NCBI GenBank assembly: GCA_001662655.1
Contig: KV460212.1
Direction: 5' to 3' (one strand)
From: Pseudogymnoascus verrucosus
Lineage: Eukaryota
DNA length: 64,000 nt
Shown here: positions 1 through 11,704 of the stretch, piece by piece
Layout: the number at the start of each line of letters is the position of its first letter
Position numbering within the stretch: the stretch's first letter is position 1
The notes under the pieces: model-generated
Told to the model about the DNA's origin: nothing
The model's database searches: none
Seen by the model: only the letters and a program-made list of their open reading frames with translations
Translations under genes and position numbers: made by a program

Positions 1-77
1 GCTCTGCGACAATCCACGCGGGGGTTATCTAAAGTTGCGCTGAATTCAGATGCGATGTCAAAACTCCACGGTCAAGT

Positions 78-2679
78 ATGAGCAAAGCCGTGGAAGATGT
101 AACGGAAGTTGCAGAGCTTCATACCGTGGCCTCACATGAGTCAGAGGTGCGTGAGGGCCAGGCTAGCCTTTCGAAACCTCCTAAGAAACGAGTCTCCCAA
201 GCCTGTAGCCGCTGCAGAAGCCGCAAGGACAAATGCGACGGAAAGAAACCGACATGTTCGGCTTGTGCTGACGTTGATGAAACCTGCGTTTATGACTCGG
301 CCACTAAAAAACGCGGGCTGCCCGAAGGGTATGTCCGTGGACTGGAAAAGCTTTGGGGTATCTCGTTACGAAAAGCTGATGGCCTCGAGACTACCATATT
401 AAAAATTATCGAGACGGGTGATACAGATCCTCACTCTTTAGCCAAGATATGGAACGACAAAGAAGGGAATGAAACCTTAGTTGAAACTTGGAGGCGGAGT
501 AAAGTTTATCAAGAGCTTGATAGGTTGCTCCCTTTGCTCGATCTTTCGGACGACAAACCAGGGAAAAGAAAGCGAACAGATCCAGTTCCAGGCCGACGGC
601 CAGAGGAAGATCCAAATCTACCATCTTCTATTCAAGCTCAGATTGGACCAGAGCAAAACCCATCACCAGCCTCAACGCTAGGCCACCCAAACGATGCCTT
701 CGCAACGAGCCAGGAAAATTTTGTTCTCAAAAGTTCTATCATTCCACGAGAAATTACCATACCAAGCGCTCCTCCATTGCCCGAGAGGACATGGAATCTC
801 ATCGACGTGTATTTCTCATATACTCATTGTTGGTTTCCTATTATAGAAAAACATGAGTTATTAAGACTCTCCTATCAGTACTCACAGAACAGATCGGCAT
901 CTTCACCCCACAAGTCGGGGAATTTGGCAGTGCTTTGGGCTGTATTAGCGTATGCGGATCACCAAATCAGAGCGATAAAACCATATACAACAACCAACGG
1001 CCTTGATGGTAATTGGACGGTGGCAAGGCTATACGAAGAATCCAAGGCACATATCCCTCCAGAAGAGGGGGATTTTGAGTTGGGCCACGTTCAAGCCCTA
1101 TTAATACTCACGCTTCTGAACATAGGACAGGGGCGCTGGAGCGGCGCCTGGATATTAATTGGCAAGGCCGTCCGCATTGCTATTGAGCTCGGTTTTAGCC
1201 ATGCTACAGACAAGAAATGTCTTAGTGCACACGTTCTTCTAGGCTGCTTTGTTCTTGACACATTGGTAGCATTAAACCTCGATCGGATCCCACAGCTCCG
1301 CGTGTCAGATATCAGACAAATCGGCACCATTGACGAAGACGGATTAGATGAATGGAATCCGTGGGTGGATTGCCTTTCTCTAGAGCATAATTCTACAGAT
1401 GGCCGTCGCGGTCCCGCCGCTACTCTGAGCACATTCAACTGCCTGATTCGTCTCACGGCAATCCTCAACAGCATTACTCATGATGAGTCTACTGGGACTG
1501 TAAGGGCCCATAAGTGTCAAGAACTGTTGGATGAATTGGGATCTTGTGGCGAAATGAATCCCATCAAATCCATGCCAGCGTCTAATTTTAGCGATGGGAC
1601 GAGGCCTCCTTTACTGCCTCATCAATACCATCTTCACATCGCACATCTCGGTACAGTAACGGCGGTCTACGCTTATCTGAATGCTTCGGGCAATGGAGAA
1701 CAAGCTTCTAATGGTGCAAACCTTGGAGTATTAGCTGCCTCCGCTTATAAAACAATGTGGCTCATTGTTCGACACTCAGAAGCCTTCGGACTATCGATAA
1801 TTCCACCAACTTTCGCTTGTTTTATAAAGGTGATTTTGCGAGGCTTTCACAAAATCCCACAAAGTGCTCTCGACGAGCAAAATCTTACTTCCGCCGAATG
1901 GCAGGAAAAGATGTTTCACTCGCTCTCTGCGATGTCTTCAGTGTGGCCAGCGTTTACAACACTTCAGTCCATGTTAAAATCCAACCTTACATCTACGCAA
2001 AACCTATCGCAACCTTTACTGCCAAGCCAGCCAGCAATAGACAGGCACATTGCGTCGCGAGACCAAATGATTACGCAATTGGTTCCTCACCCCATTATAT
2101 CCGACAACCTTTCTAGTTCCAACCTTGATGTCAGGAATGGCGCAAATGGAGCTCATTTTAACAGAACCCTTACCAACAATGCTCCACAAAGCCAAGCTCC
2201 TCCGTCTGTAACCTCTACGGATGGCCGGTCTTCGTCTTGGAAGGAACCAACGACCCCTTGGAACCAATTACCCAGCCAGCCCTATGATAAAGTTCTCAAC
2301 GATGCTAGCTCTGTTGGCACATTCACTTCACACATTGACGGCGACTCAACTTTCAATGAGTTTGCAGCCCTCGATGCCATGGAATGGTGAGTTTTATATC
2401 CTTTCTTTTTCTCGCATTTAGATAGACTAATTTAGTTTTATTAGGAATAACAATTGGGACCAGGGTTTGCTCAATTTGGGGTTTACTGAGACAGAAATGA
2501 TGCGCCAGGACTTCAATAGCTTCTGTCAAGTCCCAGAACCGACGTCGAACGATCTTGTTCAGCAACTGCTGGCAGATGCTGAGGTACCACATCCCCTACT
2601 GGGAAGTATACACGGTATATCAGATCCCAGCGTGTTGGAGGCATCCCAAACATTACGATCAATGTTCAAGGGCTGGTGA
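78..2679 (+). CDS. qutA: Quinate-utilisation activator, Zn(II)2Cys6 transcription factor (QutA/QA-1F family); 2 exons, intron 2387-2444
   Basis: ACSRCRSRKDKCDGKKPTCSAC..C zinc cluster followed by KKRGLPEGYVRGLEKLWG; fungal-TF middle region (YFSYTHCWFPIIEK). GTGAGT...TAG intron joins AMEW to NNNWDQGLLNLGF; lies in the qut cluster. Confidence 0.93.
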
Positions 2680-2846
2680 ATAACCACAGGAACCATTCGG
2701 ATGGCAGCGCGGCCTTGTATTATTATAAAGAATATTCTAAGCCACGAAACGCCTCGCTGTTACTTCTACCAGCCGAGGAACTTGTTCTATATATGACCTT
2801 TGTATATACTATATACATGCCGGAGCTTACAAGCAAACAACGCCGT

Positions 2847-3305
2847 TCATCTCTTCAAATAGCTTACGCAAAACTCAAGTGCAGCCACATATCCATAAGT
2901 ACCCAAGCCGCAAATCACAGCGACCGCTTTATCTGCCAGGAAACTCTTGTGCCTGAATTCCTCTCGGGCATGCACATTTGTAACGTGGATCTCCACAAAT
3001 GGAATATTCACACCTGATAACGCATCTCTCAGCGCAACGCTAGTGTGCGTGAATGCACCTGCATTTATGATAATTGCATCGACCTTGTCGACTCTGGCTT
3101 GGTGAATGCGGTCTATGAGCAGCCCTTCGTGGTTTGATTGGAAGCACGAGATGGTGACTTGTTTTGAGGCTGTGGAGAGGCTCGTGCAATGAGTCTCAAG
3201 CCTAGACTCTACATCGGCGAGAGTTTCAGAACCGTAGAGGTGAGGCTCCCGGGTTCCAAGGAGGTTGAGGTTGGGGCCGTTTATGAGGAGGATGGATTGA
3301 GCCAT
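2847..3305 (-). CDS. qutE: Catabolic (type II) 3-dehydroquinate dehydratase (QutE/QA-2)
   Basis: [55 protein letters not shown] motifs. Confidence 0.97.
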   Translation of the reverse strand: MAQSILLINGPNLNLLGTREPHLYGSETLADVESRLETHCTSLSTASKQVTISCFQSNHEGLLIDRIHQARVDKVDAIIINAGAFTHTSVALRDALSGVNIPFVEIHVTNVHAREEFRHKSFLADKAVAVICGLGTYGYVAALEFCVSYLKR

Positions 3306-3459
3306 TGTAGAAATGATGGGGACAAATTAAATCAATCTCTCTTGGAAAATGAGAAAGTAAGATAATGATAATGATTATATTAAGCCATTGAGACGCCAGA
3401 CTCCATCAACGTGCCACTAAACCCCGCAGCACAACCAAAGGGTGACGGTACTCCGTAGC

Positions 3460-3475
3460 GGCTAAGAACTTACCC
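3460..3475. promoter_or_regulatory. Candidate QutA/QA-1F binding site in the divergent qutE-qutG promoter
   Basis: GGCTAAGAACTTACCC, 14/16 match to the Neurospora QA-1F consensus GGRTAARYRYTTAYCC. Confidence 0.6.
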
Positions 3476-3620
3476 GGCTCGTTCACCTCGACCAGGCCCC
3501 CACCAAAGCTCACGTGCAATCCCCTCCTACCCAAAGCTTCTGTCCAAGCCTTACCCGTACAATCTACCTTGCAATTCAATTCATTTCATGATATTCCAAA
3601 TCCAGCCACGTTGATTGAAC

Positions 3621-4985
3621 ATGTCACATGGGTCCAATGATACCAAGGCGGAAGCGCCAGGAGCGCTAGGGGAAGCCCAGCTGCTTGAAATCTACGATTT
3701 TGCACTTGATCTGGGGCGACGTGCGGGGAAGATCCTACTCGATGGCGTTGATCAAAGGTGCGGGGATGAAGAGGGGAGAGGCCAGAATGAAGTGGATAAG
3801 ATGAACGCCGTGGATATAGTAACACAGACTGATCTTGGTTCGTGACTCTGTTGTATAATTTATGTGTCGCCGCCAACCTATGAGGCGTTAATTGAGAAAG
3901 CACAGATTGCTAATGATGAGTGTGGTTTCTAGACGTCGAGGCTTTTGTTAAGAATGAGATAACTGCGAGGTATCCAAGTCACAAGTAAGGTCCACAATGT
4001 TCTGTCCGCTGGCCATAACTAATACCCTTCAGCTTCATCGGCGAAGAAACATATAGCACGGGCAACTCTAAAGAATACCTCGTCACCGACTCACCAACAT
4101 GGATCGTCGACCCCCTAGATGGGACCGTGAATTACACGCACCTATTCCCGATGTTCTGTGTGTCTATTGCCTTCTGCATATCGGGCGTTCCAGTTATTGG
4201 TATCATCTACGCCCCTATACTCGATGTAACATACTCTGCTCTCACCGGGCACGGAGCCTGGCTCAACGATTCCACCCCCTCGTCGCCGGCACCGAGTCAT
4301 AAGAGAAGACAGCAGCTACCTCTAGTGAGGAATCCGATTCCAGTATTACCGGAGGCAGCACCAAAGGGCTGCGTCTTCAGTTGCGAATGGGGCAAGGATA
4401 GGAGAGATGTGAAAGACGGGAATATGTGGAGGAAAGTGGAAAGCTTCTTGACCATGGCAGCAGAGAGCTCTGGCAGGGATGGGAAAGGTGGGATGGTGCA
4501 TGGCGTTCGCAGCCTGGGCAGGTAAAGTTCACCATTCTACTGCAGTTGAGTTGGAGGCTAATTGGTTATAAGCGCAACTATGGACTTAGCATACGTTGCC
4601 ACAGGAGCATTCGATATTTGGTGGGAGGGTGGGTGCTGGGAATGGTACAGTTTCTCCATTCAATTCTAGGACTTGGTTCTAATATTCGCAATAGGGACGT
4701 GGCAGCTGGTATCTGCATCTTACGAGAAGCGGGTGGCCTTATTACAACTGCGAATCCTCCTTCAGATATTGATACAGATCCCATCGAAGAAGTACGACTA
4801 GGGAGCAGATTATATTTAGCCATCAGGTATGCTCACTCCGCACGGTGTGCTTTTGTGATTATTAACTATTCAACAGGGCCGCCGGAGACAGTGCCACCGA
4901 GACGGGACGACAAGCGCAGGAACGTGTAGTGCGGGAGACATGGAAGAGGGTGTATAACTTAGACTATTCTCGCCCAGGAGCCTAA
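3621..4985 (+). CDS. qutG: Inositol monophosphatase-family protein (QutG/QA-X), multi-exon
   Basis: Spliced reading gives DIVTQTDLDVE, FIGEET, TWIVDPLDGTVNY and WEWDVAAG IMPase motifs; first intron 3838-3932; last exon ends YSRPGA-TAA. Confidence 0.9.
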
Positions 4986-5104
4986 ACATGAGTAATTTAA
5001 TTGAAACGATAACATCCATTGTAAACATAATTTCCTTCATTGATAAACACCCCAGTCTAATTCTTGCTAAATGTATGATCGTACTTTCGTAACATATAAT
5101 AATA

Positions 5105-6121
5105 CTAATGGCCTTGCCTTTCCGCCAACACAGCGTGTATCATACTCTTCACTTTCTCCACCGGCATGTCTGACAACTGCTTTCCCGTCCAATATTTCGC
5201 TTGCTCGAAGCCTTGCCAAATCATTGCCTCTGTTCCTGGAACCACCTGCCACTTCGACTCTGTCGCAATTCGACTCACAGCAGTATTTGATGATGGATGG
5301 TAGCACATCTCGAGTAGCACCCCACTATCCCCGTTCATCATAGTCTTTATCATTTCTCGTACTTCCTTCTCCGCATCTGTTTGGGGCGGAAAGTCCGGAA
5401 TCGCAGATACGATGACAGAGGGTTTAGCAAGGGATTGCGCATGGGCAGCAGAAGTGATTGGCACTAGATTTTCCCCAAAACCAGCCGCTTTGCATTCCGC
5501 AATAACAGTGGCAACCTCATCCGCATCACGATTGATAAAGTATACCGGTTTGCACTCCAGCCAATGCACCAGTGCGTAGACAGCAGCACGACTTGTTCCT
5601 CCGCCTCCAATAATACACGCCGGGCGGCCTTTCAGCGCAGTATATTGCTCCTCCGAAATGTTTTGTCGGATACCTTCGCGGACTCCGATGCAGTCGGTAT
5701 TTGTGCCAACTAGGAGCCTTCCTCCCGCAGTCGTCTCTTCTAGAAATACGGTGTTGATAGCACCAATCGCAGCTCCCTCGGGGGTGAGCTTATCAAGATA
5801 TGGAATGATAGCGACCTTGTGGGGCATGGTGACGGAGGATCCGATAAATTTTGGATCCTGCATGGCTTCGAGGAAGGGCGGAATAGAGAGGGATTCATGG
5901 AACAGTTGGGACCATTTCAAAGAGAAGGAGTCGTATATCGCTTGGTGGAAGAGGGGAGATAGAGAGTGGGAGATGGGATGTCCAAAGAGGTATGCGACCC
6001 GGTCAAGGTGGTCGGTGTTGTGACGAGGTTCATCGTCGGTGATGTGGTCAGTGGTTAAACCGATCGCCGTTGGAGGTTGGACCAGTGTTGAAGTCATCGT
6101 CGAAGAGGAAACAGAAGCCAT
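5105..6121 (-). CDS. qutB: Quinate/shikimate 5-dehydrogenase (QutB/QA-3)
   Basis: GHPISHSLSP, SVTMPHK, GAINT, GTNTD, IGGGGTSRAA and EMCYHP motifs of the AroE-like family. Confidence 0.95.
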   Translation of the reverse strand: MASVSSSTMTSTLVQPPTAIGLTTDHITDDEPRHNTDHLDRVAYLFGHPISHSLSPLFHQAIYDSFSLKWSQLFHESLSIPPFLEAMQDPKFIGSSVTMPHKVAIIPYLDKLTPEGAAIGAINTVFLEETTAGGRLLVGTNTDCIGVREGIRQNISEEQYTALKGRPACIIGGGGTSRAAVYALVHWLECKPVYFINRDADEVATVIAECKAAGFGENLVPITSAAHAQSLAKPSVIVSAIPDFPPQTDAEKEVREMIKTMMNGDSGVLLEMCYHPSSNTAVSRIATESKWQVVPGTEAMIWQGFEQAKYWTGKQLSDMPVEKVKSMIHAVLAERQGH

Positions 6122-6823
6122 TGTGATATTAGGCCGTAGTTTGCACGAAGGAAGAGTGGAGGGGAGCTTGCCCAGAATATATCAAACGCTTAAAGGCAAG
6201 TGGTTGCAATCACCGGGGAACTCATGGCGGGGCTTTCTTCGTCGGGTTTATCAAAGGGATCAGGATTGATGCGGTATGGAGACACTATGGTGATCACCGT
6301 TCCCCGTGTATCCGCAGCAGTGGATAATTATTTCAAGTTGATAAGACCACCGACAGATATCCTCAAAACTTTGGCCTGAGGTTTCGGATTTGCTTGGTGT
6401 TCGGGTGGGGAGGCGAAGTTAGTCTTTGCCGGCGGCAAATGATTCAGCCCTTATGCTAGCGCCACCGACACCGCGGTTCGGCTGAACCATGGAGATTGTG
6501 GGGAAACCAGCGCTTTCCCCACATGTATGCTGCACATGGTAAGAAAATTGCAGATCCATAGTGAAGAAACGGTAGGCAAATGAAGTTTCTCCGTGGTAAT
6601 CGTCCCGTTTGTATAATGGCCAGGAGCGTTTGCGGGGACGGAACTGGGGAACCCTTGCTACAGCTTCCCCTCTCTCCACATCTATAAGACTTTCTTCTTA
6701 GCCACTGAAATGTTTTGGATTTGACTCTTTCTTCCCTCCTTATTACCAACACACTCCATTCTACAGAGAGTCAGAACCTCTTGCTACAACCGATCGCTAC
6801 AGGGTCAGCATACACCACTCACC

Positions 6824-8550
6824 ATGGGCATCCTCACTCTCCGCGAGGATAGGCCAACGCCTCCGGCTGTCTACAACTGGCGAGTCTACTTCTGTGCGAC
6901 AGTTGCAGCCTTTTGTGCTGGTGCGCTTCCCTGATTGACTCTTTCGAACTTACGTAGATGGCTAACAGACAGACAGTTATGATCGGATATGATTCGGCTT
7001 TTATCGGCGGCACAATCGCACTCCCATCTTTCAAGGAAGAGTTCAACTGGCAACAGTACAACAAGAGTCAGTCTGACACTGTGTCAGCCAACATCGTCTC
7101 TACGTATCAAGCTGGTGCATTCTTCGGGGCCTTCGGAGCGTATGTTGTCGGCCACTACTGGGGCCGCAAAATTGGACTTCAGATCTTTGGTGCAATCTTC
7201 ATCCTTGGCTGTGGTTTGATGCTGGGTGCCAACGGCAGCCGCGGACTTGGCCTGATATACGCTGGGAGAGCCTTAGCCGGAGTCGGCGTTGGAGGCGCTT
7301 CCAACTTGACCCCTATTTACATCTCGGAATTGTCGCCACCAGCCATCAGAGGTCGATTGGTCGGCCTCTACGAACTCGGATGGCAAGTCGGCGGACTTGT
7401 TGGCTTCTGGATAAACTACGGAGTCCTCAACACTATGCCCGCTAGCCACGAACAATGGATTGTTCCATTTGCGATCCAGCTTGTCCCAGCCGGCATCATG
7501 TTCTTTGGCCTGTTTTTCATCAAAGAGTCTCCCCGCTGGCTCCTCGGCCGTGGCCAACGCGAACTAGCTCTTCGCAACCTATGCTGGATACGAAATCTTG
7601 ACTCTAAAGATATATACATCATCGAAGAAGTTAGCGCCATGGACACTGCGTTGGACCACCAAACGGCAACCGTCGGCCTAGGCTTCTGGCAACCATTCAA
7701 AGTCCTTGGCCGCGACAAGAAGGTCCAGTATCGCTTCTTTTTAGGAACTGCTCTATTCTTCTGGCAGAATGCATCGGGAATCAACGCAATCAATTATTAC
7801 AGCCCCGTTGTTTTCAAAAGCATTGGTATCGTTGGGACGAACACTGGCCTGTTCACTACTGGCATCTTTGGCGTCATCAAAACAGTTTTCACCTTCGTAT
7901 GGCTGTTGTTCCTTATCGATAAGATGGGCCGACGCGATCTCCTGATGTATGGAGCCTTCGGAGGCTCCCTCTGCTTGTGGTATGTGGGAGCCTATATCGC
8001 TGTGGCCGATCCAGCGAACCATCCAACCCCTCAGTTAAGCAGTGGCGGCATTAGTGCCATGTTTTTCTTCTACCTTTGGACGGCATTTTATACACCATCC
8101 TGGAATGGTACCCCCTGGGTCTACAACTCCGAGATGTTTCCCCAAGATGTGCGGACACTCGGCCAGGCCTGTGCAGCTGGTAGCAACTGGGTGCGTATCT
8201 AACTTTACTCCCATATACAAGCTTGATGCTAACTTATGCAGTTCTGGAACTTCATTGTTTCCCGCTTCACACCCCAAGCATTCACAGCCATGGGCTACGG
8301 ATTCTATTTCTTCTTTGCTTCACTTATGCTGTTCAGTGTTGTGTTCGTTTGGTTCCTTCTTCCTGAGACCAAGGGTGTCCCACTCGAATCCATGGACCGC
8401 CTATTTAGCAAGGACTTGGAACCTAGAAAAGCTCACAAGGTCGTTATGGCAGAACTAGAAAACGAGGTTGAGCAATTTCGTCAGAATTTGGAGGGGAGCA
8501 ACATCGACATCATGAAGGATAAGGGCATTACGCATGTTGAGGAAGTTTAA
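6824..8550 (+). CDS. qutD: Quinate permease, MFS sugar-porter family (QutD/QA-Y), 3 exons
   Basis: Starts MGILTLREDRPTPPAVYNWRVY; IGYDSAFIG, PIYISELSPPAIRGRLVG, ESPRWL, GINAINYY and PETKGVPLE sugar-porter motifs; introns near 6921-6976 and 8191-8241. Confidence 0.95.
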
Positions 8551-9049
8551 TGCAATTCCTTAGCTGCCAACTGCCAAAGCGGCAGGCACTGCTTCACAAT
8601 GTTGGTTTGCTTCACGGCTGGGTGGGGCCAAGTTTTGGCCTGCAGTCGTTTGTATCATTTGTTTCTGCAGGGTGGTGACGGCGTGTAGTGCCGTGTAGTG
8701 GAGTTTCTGAACAGTTATTGCGTTTACGGTTGGGATGTTAACTATAATGTGCAAGATACCCCCAGGAGTACCAACTGCAGCCATTGGGCCCTGGTGTACA
8801 GGAAGGAAATAGGCCGCTAGTTCATTTATTTAATTGGTATAGAAATGCCAATGTTTAAATTTGCCATTTGCTGGTGCTGCAGGAGTGAATTCTACCAGGA
8901 GTGAATTCTAACGATGATGCTGAATTATCGAAGTGAGTGGGTTCGCTAGCAAATAATTTTCGCAGGAGAACCACACTCACCAGCCCCTGTGTGCCGATGT
9001 CGCGACAGACAAAAATACTTCTCTCAAAGATGGGTTATATCATAATTAT

Positions 9050-9483
9050 GGCCTAATCGTGGGTGGAAGCAAGTGCGAGCTTCTAGGGCCAAATTTTCAG
9101 GTATCTTTACATAGTAAATTATATGTAAAAGTACAAAACGTCAATAAATTGTAATAATTACTAATCTTATGCTATTTCTAACACAAAAGTACATATAAAT
9201 AATAACAAACCTTCTAAATAACTTTATTAAAAGAGAAATAATAATACACTAATATACATTATTATCTATACTAGAATATCTAAAACTTAATGGTTATATA
9301 AAAGTGTTAATTAATAAAAAGGCTATAGGATTGCTCTCGTTTTAAAACGCGTTTTTACTAAGGAAAGCAAAATTACTATGTAATTTGCAAACTCTATGTC
9401 ACTTTACAACTAATTTACTATGTAAAGATACCTGAGAATTTGGCCCTAGATACGCGCAACTTGCTTCCACCCACGATTGGTCT
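9050..9483. mobile_element. MITE-like non-autonomous DNA transposon (~430 bp) with ~67-bp imperfect terminal inverted repeats
   Basis: 9055-9121 (AATCGTGGGTGGAAGCAAGT...GGTATCTTTACATAGTAAATTA) is the near reverse complement of 9411-9478; very AT-rich interior without an ORF; TA dinucleotides near both outer ends. Confidence 0.75.
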
Positions 9484-9724
9484 AATTGCGTTTCTACGAC
9501 CCTTGCTCGATGCATAGCGTAGGCATATAGCCCACTCAAAAACCTGGGGATTGCTTTCACCTAAGTTGCCTGAAGCTCATGTTCGTATGGCAATACTGAG
9601 GTCAAAGCTGCCGGCCATGGCGGACCAAGCGCGCACGGAATATGCGTGGTGGGGCAGTAATGGAGTGGTAATGGCTCAGGGATCCTGTCTTAGCGCAGTT
9701 TGGCGGATAATAATTCCTCGCAAG

Positions 9725-9740
9725 GGATAAGTATTTTGCC
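9725..9740. promoter_or_regulatory. Candidate QutA/QA-1F binding site upstream of qutC
   Basis: GGATAAGTATTTTGCC, 14/16 match to GGRTAARYRYTTAYCC. Confidence 0.55.
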
Positions 9741-10206
9741 GCTGTCGGACCCTTGCTCATAAGCCTCAATCGGTTCAATTCGGAAAGTACGGACGTCATT
9801 TCATGACCCCGGGGTCAACATATTGCCATAACAAGCGGCAAGCGGATGAGAGTTCTCTGACTGTTAAAAATTGTGAGCAAGAAAGCGGGGGATAAGAAAT
9901 GACAGAGCTCTACCGCAACTTGGGCAGTGGGATATATAATGTGTAGTGGGGAAGCAAATACAAGAAGATTTCTTGTTCTGGTTCCTAATTATCATTTTTT
10001 TTTATAACGCATCAAATTGTACTGTCCTTGGCAGTGAAGAGTTGCTACGCTGTATTTACAACCCAATATCGAATAGGATTATTTACCATTACATTTTCCT
10101 CGCATTCGATTTATAATTTCTCACTTCACACCTGCTCCGACATACGGATATATTTATATCATACTAGAGCTTCAGTTATTCTCTACATATCGTTTTAATA
10201 TACAAA

Positions 10207-11319
10207 ATGAAACAACCCTCCGAATCACACAGCCCCGTGAGCAGTTTCAGCGCCTCGCACATTCCGGATGCATCTCGCACTGCTGCTCCCTCCATGAAAT
10301 CCAGCATAGCGACCCTATCCCTAGGCCGTGCTTGGGTGCACAACCTCGACAATAAAATTGAACGAGCCGCAGCCCACAACTTCGATGGTATCGAACTTTT
10401 TTATGAAGACCTCGAATACCTCGCCAAGTCCCTCCCAGGTGGTGCAACGCCCGCCAATCGCCTTCAAGCCGCACAACAGATCCGCTCCATATGTGATGAT
10501 AATTACCTCTCTATTATTTGCATGCAACCGTTCATGCACTACGAGGGTCTACTCGACCGTGTTCGACACGCAGAGCGTATCGAAGAATTTAAGTTCTGGC
10601 TCCAGCTGTGCAAAATCCTCGGCACAGATCTTATTGGGATGCCGTCGAACTTCTTAACTGAAGGTGTGACGGGCGATTGGGATTTGTTGATCGCTGATAT
10701 GAGGGAAGTGGCAGATCTAGCGGCGCAGGAAGGCGTGCGTATCGCGTATGAGGCGCTCTGCTGGGGCGTGTTTGTGGATACATGGGAGCGCAGTTATGAA
10801 CTCATCATTGCCGTTGACAGAGCAAATTTTGGGATTTGCTTGGATACATTCCAGATCTGTGGACGTGAGTTTGCGGACCCCGCGGCAGATGATGGCTGCA
10901 TGCCGGGTGCAGAGGAGGCGCTGAGGAATAGCTTGAAAAGGTTGAAGGAGACGGTGGATGTGAATAAAGTATTTTTTGTCCAGGTAGCGGATGCGGAGAA
11001 AATGAGAGAGCCTTTGCGGGAGGAGCATGTATTTCATGTCAAGGGGCAGCCGTCAAGGATGAGTTGGAGTCGGAATGCGAGGTTATTTCCTGGAGAGATG
11101 TCAAAGGGCGCATATTTGCCAGTATTGGACGTGTTAAGAACACTCATAGGGGAGAATGGGTTAGGATATAGTGGCTGGGTTAGCTTCGAAATTTTCTCGA
11201 GATCTCTGGCAGATCCGGCTTCAAGGGTTGTGGAGGACCATGCGAAGAGAGGGATGCAAAGCTGGAACTGGATGGAGAAAGAATTGGGTTGGAGGCGAGA
11301 TACTGAAACTAGGCGATGA
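10207..11319 (+). CDS. qutC: 3-dehydroshikimate dehydratase (QutC/QA-4); start may be ATG 10294
   Basis: SIATLSLGRAWVH, GIELFYEDL, LQP-like MQPFMHYEG, AYEALCWG, CLDTF, VQVADAE and RMSWSRNARLFP motifs (xylose-isomerase-like TIM barrel). Confidence 0.93.
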   Translation: MKQPSESHSPVSSFSASHIPDASRTAAPSMKSSIATLSLGRAWVHNLDNKIERAAAHNFDGIELFYEDLEYLAKSLPGGATPANRLQAAQQIRSICDDNYLSIICMQPFMHYEGLLDRVRHAERIEEFKFWLQLCKILGTDLIGMPSNFLTEGVTGDWDLLIADMREVADLAAQEGVRIAYEALCWGVFVDTWERSYELIIAVDRANFGICLDTFQICGREFADPAADDGCMPGAEEALRNSLKRLKETVDVNKVFFVQVADAEKMREPLREEHVFHVKGQPSRMSWSRNARLFPGEMSKGAYLPVLDVLRTLIGENGLGYSGWVSFEIFSRSLADPASRVVEDHAKRGMQSWNWMEKELGWRRDTETRR

Positions 11320-11704
11320 TATCGCTGGGAACTGGAAAGTAAAGCTTGGTCGTGCGCTTGAAGTCCAGCATTGTTTTGCGGCTCTTCTACCATTAGTGTT
11401 TTCATGACGGCAAACATTGTTAATACCCGCGTAGTTTATAATAAATATGAATAAATATGAATAAATTAAAGACTCCTAATATATTAGAGCTTTTCACCCC
11501 TCTGATTACTCAAAATATTAAGATAAAAGAGAAGAAATTCTTTAGATTTTAATGGCGCCTATTAATTCTCAGTTGAACACAGTTGCCGCTTCAGACGTGC
11601 ATGTGGCATATCTCGTGGCATAAGTGCCGGGGTAGTCCACCTATAATTCTACCCATGTTGACTCACAGAACCCATTAACAGCATCAACACAACAACATAT
11701 CACT

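Noticed and set aside
8880..8910. Short direct duplications (also 11441-11466 and 45609-45640)
   Set aside because: Two-copy 10-16-bp slippage duplications, common and uninformative.
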